A stretch of DNA of 64,000 nucleotides from Octopus vulgaris (lineage: Eukaryota): the NCBI GenBank assembly GCA_951406725.2, contig OX597820.1:94302001-94366000 (forward strand), given 5' to 3'. This document shows positions 52,541 to 64,000 of the stretch, one piece after another; within the stretch, counting starts at the first letter, position 1; each line of letters begins with the position of its first letter. Under the pieces are notes generated by a model, which was not told the DNA's origin, did no database searches, and was given only the letters and a program-made list of their open reading frames with translations. Made by a program: the position numbers and the translations under genes.

Positions 52541-53172
52541 ATATATGTATGGATGAAGCTGGTCTTAATTACCATTTGTTAATTATGATACGTACTCTAG
52601 AGGTGGAGATAATTTTAAAAAATCAAGAATTTATATTGTATGATATTTGATATACCTTTATTTGTCTACAAGCTGATGTACCCGGTAATTCCCGGTAAAG
52701 CGGGGCTTATCCCTTGGTTCCGTTCTCATAATTGTTTCGCCAATCCAATAACAACAATACAAAGTATATAGCCCTTAAAACGGTTTTTGTCCATTTACAG
52801 AGAATACCGAACTGTTTTACACAGGATCTTGTTTTTAGGAATTCCCAATAAATTATGAATACCCAAATTGTGAAGTCAGTTGTGTAATAACATAAAATTA
52901 GTTACCCGATAGTAAGAATTCAAATAAAGTAGCCTCGAAAAGGGCTTTAATGCGTTCCCAGACTATATAGAACATAGGAGGAAATAATAATAAGGTATGC
53001 ATACTAAAATCGTGAAGCATGTTACGTAATAACAGGATAATCAGATATGAAACAATAACAATTCAAAGTAAATAACTCTGAAAAGGGCTTTTGTGCGTTC
53101 CCAGAAAATATTACCCTTAGGGTCGCTAGTGTTGGTATATTCTTGAATAAGTCACTAACCAAAATAAGTGGA

Positions 53173-53229
<57 letters not shown>

Positions 53230-53518
53230 TCATGGAAAATTATAAATTTCCCAATGTGTGTAGCAACTGCAATGATCAAAATATCAAGAATTATTGTATT
53301 ATTTTACGAAACGAGGCGAAGAGAAGTACATATAATGTGACTCTAGATTAGAGTTTCTCCCTATTTTACACCGGTGGATCCCCATAACCATTTGGCCCTT
53401 AAAAAATTATATTTTTTATAATTAAATATTATTAAAAACTGTATAAAAAGAGTGTTGGCATACCTTGCGTATTGCAGAATTATAACCAATTCATTACAAT
53501 TAAATTTTAACAAAATCT

Positions 53519-54245
53519 GGATCTTTTCTGTTGGGCTACACTTGTGGAAATTTTTAAGATTAGGAAAAATTTTGGAATTTGGTGTATTGATGTAATTTCC
53601 CACGCTGAATCTCAGGAGGTAATTCACTTTTTCCAGAAAAATTTTTTAACAAGTTATAGAGGTTTAAAGTTTGATCATTTTTACCCAGTCAAAAAACAGG
53701 ATTTGGAAGCTGTCATTTTGTGCAACTACACGTGATGTCAACTGTAAACAAATAAATTGACGTAATTCTGCTTTACACATTCCATGTGACCCCTCATAAC
53801 TTTTTTATTTTATGGAATTTTTGCGAAAATTTTTGCGAATTTGTGATCTACACACGGGAATTCATACGATTATGCAAAAACAAAAGTTTTAAAAAGTTGG
53901 TGCGTGAGTTAAGGCATATTTAGCTGTTATTTTTTGCACATCTCACAACCACCTGTGTTTTAAGCATTTAATAAGCGAAAAATGACCACATGGGTAAGTA
54001 GCTCCGTAACAGCTTGGCTTATTATTTATGGAAACAGACACTATATGTATGCAGCTTTCGATTGGCTAAAATTACCCAAAATTTGCAAACTTTAAAAGCT
54101 ATTAACTCTGTATTTGTTGATTTATAGCGAAAATGAATTTCCTTTCAATGATTACCGTACAAAACTACAACAACACATCAAATATAAAATTGATTGGGAC
54201 AAAAATTGAAGAAACTGAAAAGTGGCAGCTAAACAGAAAAGCTCC
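53519..54245 (-). mobile_element. ~730-bp TIR element, copy 3 (both TIRs visible)
   Basis: GGATCTTTTCTGTTGGGCTACAC ... GTGGCAGCTAAACAGAAAAGCTCC; interior is the reverse complement of copies 1 and 2. Confidence 0.78.
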
Positions 54246-54674
54246 AAGTATCAAGTGAATTATGATTTGATGGTAAAAGCTGGGATGTCATTCGTCATAA
54301 AACAGCTCGATCAGGTCCAACCCGAGTTAAAACATCACCATCACCACAAGCAAAGAGAGTATAGAATTTTCAGAATATGTAGCAATGGCTAAAATCCTAA
54401 GAATCGCTGAATTAGTTCTATGAATCAATTAGGTGGTAAGGGGAACACAACATGGTCATTTTGGCTTGCAAGAAACAATAGCCAAATCTCCCCCAAAGAA
54501 CTCCTTACGGATCTTGTTTATTTTCTCTCAAACGCTTGAATATTTTCAATTTTTCACATGATTATTTTCAAAATAATAATAAAAAAAGAAACAAGAAAAT
54601 GTATTTTTGTATGTTGCTGATGAAATTCGCATTCATTCTATTGTATTTTACTTTCGTTAGAAATTTGATGTAGC

Positions 54675-55058
54675 TCTTTGACTCTTTTACTTGTTTCAGT
54701 CATTTGAGTGTAGCCATGCTGGAGCACCGCCTTTAGTCGAGCAAATCGACCCCCAGGAATTATTCTTTGTAAGCTTAGTACTTATTCTATCGGTCGCTTT
54801 TGCCGAAGCGCTAAGTTACGGGGACGTAAACACACCAGCATCGGTTGTCAAGCGATGTTGGGGGGGGGGGGGTACAAACACAGACACACAAACATATACA
54901 CACACACACATACATATACATATATACGACAGGCTTCTTTCAGTTTCCGTCTACCAAATCCACTCGCTTTGGTTGGCCCGAGGCTATAGTAGAAGACACT
55001 TGCCCAAGGTACCACGCAGTGGGACTGAAACCGGAACCATGTGGCTGGTAAGCAAGCT
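54675..55058 (-). mobile_element. SINE family A, near full length
   Basis: Reverse complement of the family A body and head. Confidence 0.88.
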
Positions 55059-55469
55059 AAGCTCTTTTCCTACAATCTTAAAAAAGAAAGCATACATAGG
55101 ATTCCGACGAATGCGGCAAATCAGGATTGGAATGCGAATTAGGACTGACCTGGTTCTAAACAAGGGCAATGACAATACAGTCGTAGATAATAAGATGGGA
55201 TAACACACGGTTAACCAAGAATAAAAAGGAAGGGCGCATTATATATCGTAGTCCTCGATAGATTATATCTGAAGATGACATGGGTGGTTCCGACAGAAAT
55301 TGTCTTTGATTATAGGATGCCCTCGATCAGGACCGAGCCGGATTAAACAACAATAGTTATAGCCCTAATGTCACTTTTTAACGCGATTATATTCTTAACA
55401 ACCACAAACGTACCCTTAATTTTTTTTTAGACTGCCAATGCCGTCTGTTTCTAGGGCAACGGCTCTAAC

Positions 55470-56002
55470 ATCATCATCAGCAGCAGCAGCAACATCACCA
55501 CCACAAGTACCATCGTCAGCATCACTTACCACTAGCTCTACCGGCACCAACAGCAGCACCAGTAGCAGCAACAGCACCGCCACCATCAACACCACCACCA
55601 ACAACACTGCTATCGCTGCCTCCGGTTCCACCATCAACGCCAGCTCTAGCACAACCATTACCAACACCACAATCATCACAACCACCACCAGCACCACTAC
55701 CGTCACAACCGCCACCACCACCATCACCACCACCACCATCACCAGCATCATTACTACCAGTACAACCACCAGCATCCCCTTCAGCACCAGTACTACCACC
55801 ATCTGCATCACCATCTACACCACTACTATAACCGCCACAGCCACCCTCAATATCACCACTAACTAACACTGCTTCCAACACCTTAAACATCAGTACCGCT
55901 GCTACTACCACCACCACCGCCACCGCCAAAGCCACCACCACCACCACCACCACCAAAGCCACCACCACCATCACCACCAACACCAACACCACCATCACCA
56001 CT
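55470..56002. repeat. Degenerate (CAC/ACC)n low-complexity tract; a second lies at 57325-57570
   Basis: Trinucleotide periodicity yields poly-Thr, poly-Val and poly-Gly ORFs on both strands. Confidence 0.9.
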
Positions 56003-56621
56003 ATTTCTAACCGTAAGCGGTACCAGTAAAATAAAGTATTTGTATGAGGCAATGAAGAAGCCTTGATGTGGTCGCTTGTTATGCTGAACATAGATGCTTC
56101 TTCTCTTCACGTCAATCTGTAACATTTTCTAAAACAAAACAAAACAAAACAAACAAACGAACAAAAACAAAAACAAAAACAATAAAATATACTGAATAAT
56201 GTGGCTCTAGAGTCATTATAAAAGACGATGCTCAGAGCTGGAAATAAATTTGATCATAGGACAGCTTGATGAAGGCCGACCTGGGTTAAACCACCACCAG
56301 CGCCGCCGCCAACCCGCACCACCAACAACAACAACAATAATCTTTAACTATCCAACATCCCTTCTAATACAGTAACAGCAATCGCTTGTTTTTTCCCTTG
56401 TCTCTCGTCCTCCTCCTTCTTCCCATCCAACCATCTCTACCAATCCCCTAACTTATTCTGAGCCTCCCTCGCAGGCCTTGTTCTCGCTTTCTCACTAACA
56501 CAATCTCTCTCTCATACACACACTCGCTTCATGCATATTATAATACAAAACTATTCCTACCGCTCCTAGTTTTTTATTTGTCTTGTCCTCCAAATAAATT
56601 CTCTGTCTGTCTGTCTCTCTA

Positions 56622-56679
<58 letters not shown>

Positions 56680-56824
56680 ACACACATTATCTCTGTCACT
56701 TTCTGTCGCTCTCACAAACTCCCACTCTCTCTCTGAGTATATGTGTCTGTATGTGTGTGTGTGTGAGAGTGCGCGCGTGCATACGACTACGCTTCCTCCT
56801 TCCCCCTATCTCTCTCTCTCTCTT

Positions 56825-56870
<46 letters not shown>

Positions 56871-59017
56871 CACAGTTACATGACATAGACGCACGCGCAC
56901 AAATGTATGCATGTATAATTGCGTGTATAAATACTACATATGTATCTCTCCCACACTCCTCTCTCTCTCTACACACATACATATGTACATATATATATAA
57001 GTATATATATATATATGTGTGTGTGTGTATGTATGTATATAAATATATATAAACTGACAGAACAGATGTTTACTTATAATTACACCAAACTTCCTTTAGC
57101 AAAAGATCTGAAATTAAATTCTTCCTCTTACATAGAACTCCACAAACTATTCAAACAACTGTCTTCAAAACTGCCTGAAGTTTCTCTACAGAAGAATATT
57201 TATATACGACAAAGTGGAAGGAAGGAAGGGGAGGGAACATAGAGTAGAAGGAGGAGTAAGAAGGGGAGGAGGAGGAGGGAAAAAAAGAGGAAACTGAGGG
57301 AGACGAAGCATCGGAATCGAAATAGTCTCACCACCATCTTCGCCATCACCCACTCCTACATCACCTCCACCAACAACAACAACATAACCAATACTATCAT
57401 CCTATCCCCACTCTATCACCACCACTCCACTCCAGCAACAACTCTCCCCCCCCCCCCACTAAACCACCACCATTACCACCACCGCTATTGCTGCCACCAC
57501 AACTATAACCACTATCACCACCACTACCTGCAGTACCCTCACCATCCCCGCCGCCGCCGCCACCTTCAGCGACATCTCCAGCGAGTGAACGCAGGAGCCT
57601 CATCCACGAGGTCGTTCGACAAACCTGTTAGAAATAGCAGCCACACATTTCGTTTGAGATCGCGTACATTAACGTTTTCAAAAAGGGGAAGGACGCATTG
57701 GATGCATTGTTTGGAAGAAAAAAAGGTAAAAAAGCAAAGACGAAAAGGTCACTTCTGGAGCATTTTTAATTATTAGGTATACTTGACCAAGGCTGATCTG
57801 GGACAAAACTATTACTACTACTACGACCACGACCACCACGACCAGCACCACCACCACTAAGTGTTTCGAGGCAAAGAGGGGCTCTCTACCCGGCCGGTCA
57901 ATATGGAAATCTCCCTCAAATTAGACTTTAATCTCTTAAAAGAAAATAGTCACCCCATAGTTCAGGATAGTCATTGAAACAAAGAAAAAAATGTGTAGAC
58001 GGCCAAAGCTGGAACGCCTTTGATGATACCTTATGAATATCAACAACAGCAACAGGTTGATCGACGGATTAAAAATAGCTACTCAATCTCTCTTAAATCA
58101 TTGCTATACATCTTAAAAAATAAAATACACATTGAACAATATAAGGGATTATTTATCTCGTCCCTTATATATATTTTATATATATATAAAATACAAAATG
58201 GGACAAGAACGCAAAACATCCGGACAACTAGGTGATACAAAAAGGGACAACAAAACATCCAGATAGACGATAGAAAAAAACAAGGACGGGTCATTAGAAG
58301 CTTTCTATCCTCAGTCAAGAACCAGATCATCCTCGTATATATATATATATCATACATACATACATAGACGTGATGGTCACGAAAGGAACGTACTTGGTCA
58401 TAGATCTACTGGATCAGGGCTGAGCAGGGTAAGGGACCAATAACGACACCAAACAATAGCAGCAGCAGCAGCAGCGGCAGTAGCAACAACACCGCAAAGA
58501 TGTTACGATGGACAGATATTTAAACTATATGATACCAAAATTTGCTGTCTTTCCCCATCGCAACTGCCTCCGCCGCCCGTACATATAATCCCCATCACCA
58601 CCACCACAACTATCACCACCACCACCACCACCACCATTGCCATCACCTCCTCCACTACCAAGTAATAAAGAAGGAAAATAAAGAAGAAAAAAGTAAAAAA
58701 AAAATTTTTTAGTATGTTATCAGAAGAGAAATGACATATGACAGACAACGACAAATGACAAACGACAGACGACAAATAAAACAAAGCGGAAAAGAGAGTG
58801 GATACCTTTTACAAACTTCAAACAGAGGTAAATGCGTCTTCCTTTTATTTTGTTTTTATTACGACTTATGTTTCTCAGTTCGAATCCCACCCAGGTCAGC
58901 TTTGTCTTTCTTTTTTCTGAAGTGGACACACAAAAAAAAAAATAAATAAAAACTATCCGTCAAGTACTGGGGATCAATGTAATCAGTTGGACACCCCCAC
59001 CTCAAATTGTTATTCCT

Positions 59018-59081
59018 GAGAGAGAGAAATATATATCCATACATACTCAAATATATACCACTAGCCACCTCGAGTTGTTGA

Positions 59082-59136
<55 letters not shown>

Positions 59137-59977
59137 GCAAACTCACACACACACAAACACACACACATACATGTATATACATTGGATTAATAGAAGAGCG
59201 TCGGGTGTGTTTGGGGGGTATGTTCCTACGGTGTTTTGATCTGGTTTTTACATCTTGTTTCAAATTCTGTCGAAGTTAACTTTGATTTTCAGTCCTCTAC
59301 GGTCAAGAAAATAATGTACAAGCCAAGTACGAGTCAACTAACCCCACCTTCTAAAGGTGCTAGTTTTCTGCCGAAATTAGGACAATTATTATTATTATTA
59401 TTTGAATACCAGACAAAATTCTTTGGATATTTCTGATGGCCTTTTAGGTTCTGAGTTCAAAGTTAACTCACAGAAGTCTTTGGGGTCCATAAAATAAGCA
59501 CTGGGATCGATGCAATCGACTATCCCTATCCCCACAAGAAGTTCAGGACTTGTGCCGACAGTAAACGAAACTATATAGTTGCTGCTGCTGCTGGAAATTA
59601 AAGCGGCGAGCTGGCAGAATCGTTAGCGGCGTTTCGTCCGTCTTTACGTTCTGGGTTCAAATTCTGCAGAGGTCGACTTAGCCGTTCATCCTCTTTGGAT
59701 CGATAAAATAAGTTACCAGTTTAATCTCATTTTACTTCACATAAAAGCATATAAAAGCATATATATATTTCACATAAAAGCATACATATATGTTTGCATG
59801 TATCTATATGTGAGGAATATTTGCATTTACGTGCACATGTATATACATATTCACACATATAAATACAAAAACACATATATACATGCACACACAAATATGA
59901 ATATACACATTTATGTGTATATACATGTATGTGTGTGTATGTGTGTGTGTTTGTGTGTGTGTGTGTGTTTGCATAGT

Positions 59978-60035
<58 letters not shown>

Positions 60036-60119
60036 TCAACAAATTTGAGCTAAGAGAAATAACTCGAGGTGGCTAGTGGTATATATTTGAGTATGTATGG
60101 ATATATATTTCTCTCTCTC
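59018..60119. repeat. Inverted duplication (arms 59018-59182 and 59915-60119) around SINE B fragments
   Basis: GAAATATATATCCATACATACTCAAATATATACCACTAGCCACCTCGAGTT and its exact reverse complement at 60061-60111, plus mirrored (TCTA)n/(TAGA)n and (CA)n/(TG)n. Confidence 0.9.
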
Positions 60120-60289
60120 TCATTCTCCCTCTACCCCGCTCTCTCTCTATATATATATATAAACATACATACGTATATAATTTTGCTTGTATGTATATAT
60201 GTATGTATGTATGTATGTATATATCTACACATGTATACGATGCTACATACATATATACAACTACCTAAATATATATATGTATTTGGATC

Positions 60290-60450
60290 CAAGATTCATC
60301 TCGTGGATGCTTTGAGATGCATCATCAGTGATGTCTGAGGCCTCAGGGGATCTTAGGAGGCCTTAAGTCTTTCAACATCAGACACCATCGCTCAGTTGAA
60401 AAAACCCGGGGTTAATGAAATCGCAGCATGCATCCCAGTAGCAGCGAAGC
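60290..60450 (-). mobile_element. HERO-like non-LTR 3' UTR fragment
   Basis: Minus strand GGTGTCTGATGTTGAAAGAC...ACATCACTGATGATG; shares GA(T/C)GTTGAAAGAC with the 3' UTR at 23525-23555. Confidence 0.5.
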
Positions 60451-60724
60451 ATATATACATGTGGGTATATGTGTATATACATACACGTGTTTATATAAAC
60501 GTACATATCAATCTACGATAATATGTACATGAAGCAGATGATGGGAATATTTGTCTGATATGCTTGTCTGTCTATGTATCGTTTTGGGGCCTCGTTATTC
60601 TGGCTTGTCATTCGTTCCTATGAGGTCGAAATTGTTTAAGGGTTTATTGTTTTCGATGGTATATTGATATTTAATGATCGCCTTCGTTCGTAGTCTTATT
60701 ATGCCAGGATAATAATTAGGTGTA

Positions 60725-60958
60725 AGGCGGCGAGCTGGCAGAACCGTTAGCACGCCGGGCGAAATGCGTAGCCGTATTTCGTCTGCCGTTACGTTCTGAG
60801 TTCAAATTCCGCCGAGGTCGACTTTGCCTTTCATTCTTTCGGAATCGATAAATTAAGTACCAGTTACGCACTGGGGTCGATATAATCGACTTAATCCCTT
60901 TGTCTGTCCTTGTTTGTCCCCTCTATGTTTAGCCCCTTGTGTGTGATAGAGAAACAGA
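60725..60958 (+). mobile_element. SINE family B, young full-length copy with apparent TSD
   Basis: Complete head to tail; GATAATAATTAGGTGT occurs immediately before (60708-60723) and again at the tail junction (60957-60972). Confidence 0.92.
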
Positions 60959-61094
60959 TAATAATTAGGTGTTTCTAGATTTTAGGTTAAGTGGCAATAT
61001 ATATATATTAGCGTCAAGCTAATGTACTTCTTGAGCACGTCCCCGCGTTCGTTATTCTTTTTTTTCGTTTTTTATCCGTTTATTTGACTTAAAT

Positions 61095-61455
61095 TGCTTC
61101 CCAACCACATGGTTCCATGTTTAGTCTTTCTGTGTGAAACCTTGGGCAACTGTCTTCTACTATGCCCTCGTCTCGCCCAAAGTCTTGTGAGTGGATTCGC
61201 TAAACGGAAACTGAAAGAAGCCTCGTAGTATATATATATGTGTGTTTGTGTGTGTGCGTGTCTGTCTCTGTGTTTGTCCCCCACTATCGCTTGACAGCCG
61301 ATATTGGTGTGTTTACGTCCCCGTATCTAGCGGTTCGGCAAAAGCGACCGATAGAACAAGTACTAGGCCTACAAAGAATAAGTCCTGAGGTCGATTTGTT
61401 CGACTAAAGGCGTTGCTCCAGCATGACTGCAGTCAAATGACTGAAACAAGTAAAA

Positions 61456-61460
<5 letters not shown>
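61095..61460 (+). mobile_element. SINE family A
   Basis: Head remnant, CCTTGGGCAACTGTCTTC, body and GTAAAAGA tail. Confidence 0.85.
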
Positions 61461-61506
<46 letters not shown>

Positions 61507-61628
61507 TATATACACACACACACGAACACACCCACATATCTCTCTCTATATATATGTACGTATGAATGTATGTATATGTATATTTTTGTGTATATATATA
61601 TATAAGCATTTGTATATATATGTGTGTT

Positions 61629-61682
<54 letters not shown>

Positions 61683-61772
61683 TATATGTAGGTCCCGGGT
61701 TGATTCTGGGTTAACCACAGTAAATAAGGTACTCAATACATAGCAGAGTAAAATTAATTTATTATATAGAAG

Positions 61773-61825
61773 GAGCTTCTACAGGACTAGAACTGTTTCA
61801 TTCAAGAGAAATCTTCAGGAAGCTC
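61773..61825 (-). ncRNA. Type I hammerhead ribozyme motif (minus-strand copy)
   Basis: GAGCUUC-CUGAAGA-UUUC-ucuu-GAAU-GAAA-CAG-uucuaguc-CUG-UA-GAAGCUC. Confidence 0.75.
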
Positions 61826-61826
61826 A

Positions 61827-61877
61827 AGCTTCCTGAAGATTTCTCTTGAATGAAACAGTTCTAGTCCTGTAGAAGCT
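61827..61877 (+). ncRNA. Type I hammerhead ribozyme motif (plus-strand copy 1)
   Basis: AGCUUC-CUGAAGA-UUUC-ucuu-GAAU-GAAA-CAG-uucuaguc-CUG-UA-GAAGCU; intact core, GUA triplet ending at 61871. Confidence 0.75.
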
Positions 61878-61879
61878 CA

Positions 61880-61930
61880 AGCTTCCTGAATATTTCTCTT
61901 GAATGAAACAGTTCTAGTCCTGTAGAAGCT
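61880..61930 (+). ncRNA. Type I hammerhead motif (plus-strand copy 2) with G8-to-U core substitution
   Basis: Identical to copy 1 except CUGAAUA at 61886-61892. Confidence 0.6.
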
Positions 61931-62806
61931 CCTTCTATATAATAAATATACATATATATATATATATGTATGTATGTATGTACGTATGTATGTATGTATG
62001 TATGTATGTATGTATGTATGTATGTGTGTATGTATGTATCTATGTATGTATGTATGTATGTATGTATGTATGTATGTATGTATGTATGTATGTATTTGTG
62101 TGTGTGTGTTTTGTAATATGTACGTATTTATAAGTATTGCTATTACTCTCCTGAAGACTTGAGTATCACAAAATTCCACTTTTTCAACGCAATAATAATA
62201 ATCTTTTCCACTCTAGGCACAAGGCCCAAAATTTTTGGAGAGGCGGCCAGTAGATTAGATCGACTCCAATACGCAACTGATACCTATTTAATCGATCCCG
62301 AAAGGGTTAATAAAATAAAGAACCTGTCAAGTATTGGGATCAATATAATCGAATGTTGCCTTCAGCATTGTGCTTATATAAGAATTCCTCATTAAGGGCT
62401 GTGATTTGGCAGAATATTTATATTACGGAGCAAGTTGCATTGCGGTATTTGTCCTGGTCCCGTATGTTCTGAGTTCAAATCCCGCCTTCAGTCCTTTTGA
62501 AGTCGATAGTATTGGTTTGATTTAAGTTCTACCGTACCATTCCCGTTTGAGAATAAAATTGGGTAGACGGAAAGGTTGCTGTCTGTTGGATGGATTTCAC
62601 CTGTATATCAACAGGTACAACCTTGTTACACATGGCGTGTCACACATATTCTACTTGAGATTTACATTAAGGGTACAGTACAGGTGTCTACGGAATACTC
62701 AGCCTTCTACACGCTAATTCAATGATCAAGAAAGTTAATCACTCGAACAATTGAATCCTAATCGTCGAAACCAGAGACGATTCAACCATCTGTGTGTGAG
62801 TGTGTG

Positions 62807-62838
<32 letters not shown>

Positions 62839-62846
62839 TGCGTGTG

Positions 62847-62941
<95 letters not shown>

Positions 62942-63152
62942 TTTCGATTACCGGCTCTGGCTGTGCTTTGAGTTCTTGAACAAAAACACTTCGTTTCCAC
63001 ATTGCTCCCAGTCCCCTCAGCCACAAATAAATAACCCTTTCGGGTGGTTATTATCCTGTTCAGGGGAATGTTGTGATCTCGGTAGCTTATATGCCGTGGA
63101 AACATTACTGCTTCAAGTCCTACGAGTTCTAACACTTGAAACAGTAATGTTC

Positions 63153-63239
<87 letters not shown>

Positions 63240-63644
63240 TAACACATATAGAGAGAGATAATGTTGCAAACAAACAAATGAAACTGCTCGAGCTAGATAT
63301 ACAAAATATAAATACATATATACATGTAAAAGTGTACATGAGATGGGTATCTATCTTGTTAGATACCCATCTCTGCCCCCCTAAAAAACGGAGACCGGAT
63401 CTACCTAATGTTTATATGCTTCCACAACTAGTTGCATATCCTCGAGTTTTTGCTAACTACATCTGACTATATATATTATGAAGAGATTCCGAGCCCACAG
63501 AAACAGTTGTAAGAGCTTTACCCTTAAATTTTCTGCGTTTATACTGTGTAAGTTTGCTCAGTTAGTATATGAATATCTATATATCTGTACAGGGATACTC
63601 ATCATCTGAATATTTTCGGTCACGTTTTTCACTTTATACATATA

Positions 63645-64000
63645 CTAGCAGTATCGCCCGGCGTTGCTCGGGTTTGTAAGGGAAATAACTATATAAGCAT
63701 TTTTATTTAGAGATGTAAAGTATAATAGCCATCTCAATATGGCTAACCACAAAGGGGGGGGGTTACTGTAGCTTTTACGTTCTGAGATTTAATAATACAT
63801 TTTTAGAGAGTTACTTCCCTTATATAATAGCAAAAAAATGCATTAAAAAATGGGAAAAAATTATGGTAAATTTTTTTTTAAATCATAGACTCATCGTAGA
63901 CGCGCACTAATACTCAGAAGGGCTCGATATGAATCATGACTATAAGATACCCGCTTTTGGTTACACTGCAACGCAAAATGTGGGAGCAGTTAGGAATCTA
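63645..64000 (-). mobile_element. Non-autonomous Helitron, runs off the window edge
   Basis: A|CTAGCAGTATCGCCCGGCGTTGCTCGGG is the reverse complement of the 3' end of 7970-8265; carries an extra ~90-bp internal segment. Confidence 0.88.

Larger units (their letters stand above)
54250..58460 (+). mobile_element. Cluster of ancient same-strand SINE-like fragments (family D) with (CAA/CAC)n tails
   Basis: Recurring TAGAAATAGCAGCC and TTTGATCATAGG..GCTCGATCAGGGCTGACCTGGG..AAACAAC-like motifs at ~54290, 55305, 56250, 57630-57810, 58010 and 58395; also at 14985-15150 and 15555-15720. Confidence 0.55.

Noticed and set aside
55416-56125. Thr/Ser-rich mucin-like ORF and Gly/Val-rich antisense ORFs
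   Set aside because: Open on both strands because of CAC periodicity; no signal peptide or flanking exons; tied to repeat tails
58290-58325. Minus-strand CTGAGGA-TA-GAAAGCTTC hammerhead-like words
   Set aside because: No stem II and a poor stem I; may be a decayed pLTR but is not supportable
60300-60390. Possible type II hammerhead or C/D snoRNA
   Set aside because: Could not assemble stems I and III or a proper C/D box pair; better explained as a HERO-like 3' UTR

Overview
Eukaryotic, AT-rich, microsatellite-saturated intergenic or intronic DNA. It is most likely from an octopus or other coleoid cephalopod, an inference from the tRNA-derived SINE families and repeat texture. No host protein-coding gene is supported; most ORFs in the track are microsatellite read-throughs or SINE artefacts, and the few recognisable ones are transposon fragments. 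The window is a transposon graveyard. It holds at least four SINE-like families and non-autonomous Helitrons (TC...hairpin-CTAG). Decayed DNA transposons include pogo/Tigger, mariner, maT/DD37D, Tc1, Chapaev3 with intact TIRs and TTA TSD, and a ~750-bp TIR element in three copies. Non-LTR remnants include CRE-like, HERO-like, CR1/L2 and RTE, and there is a tRNA-Ala pseudogene. The most notable signal is a set of type I hammerhead ribozyme motifs in small non-coding, (TA)n-flanked, Penelope-pLTR/retrozyme-like units: a triple head-to-head plus tandem cassette at 61.76-61.95 kb, an inverted pair at 44.1-44.4 kb, and variant motifs at 32.1, 3.6 and 9.0 kb. There are also several short local templated duplications and fold-back palindromes. 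All family assignments come from motif recognition, not from database searches.
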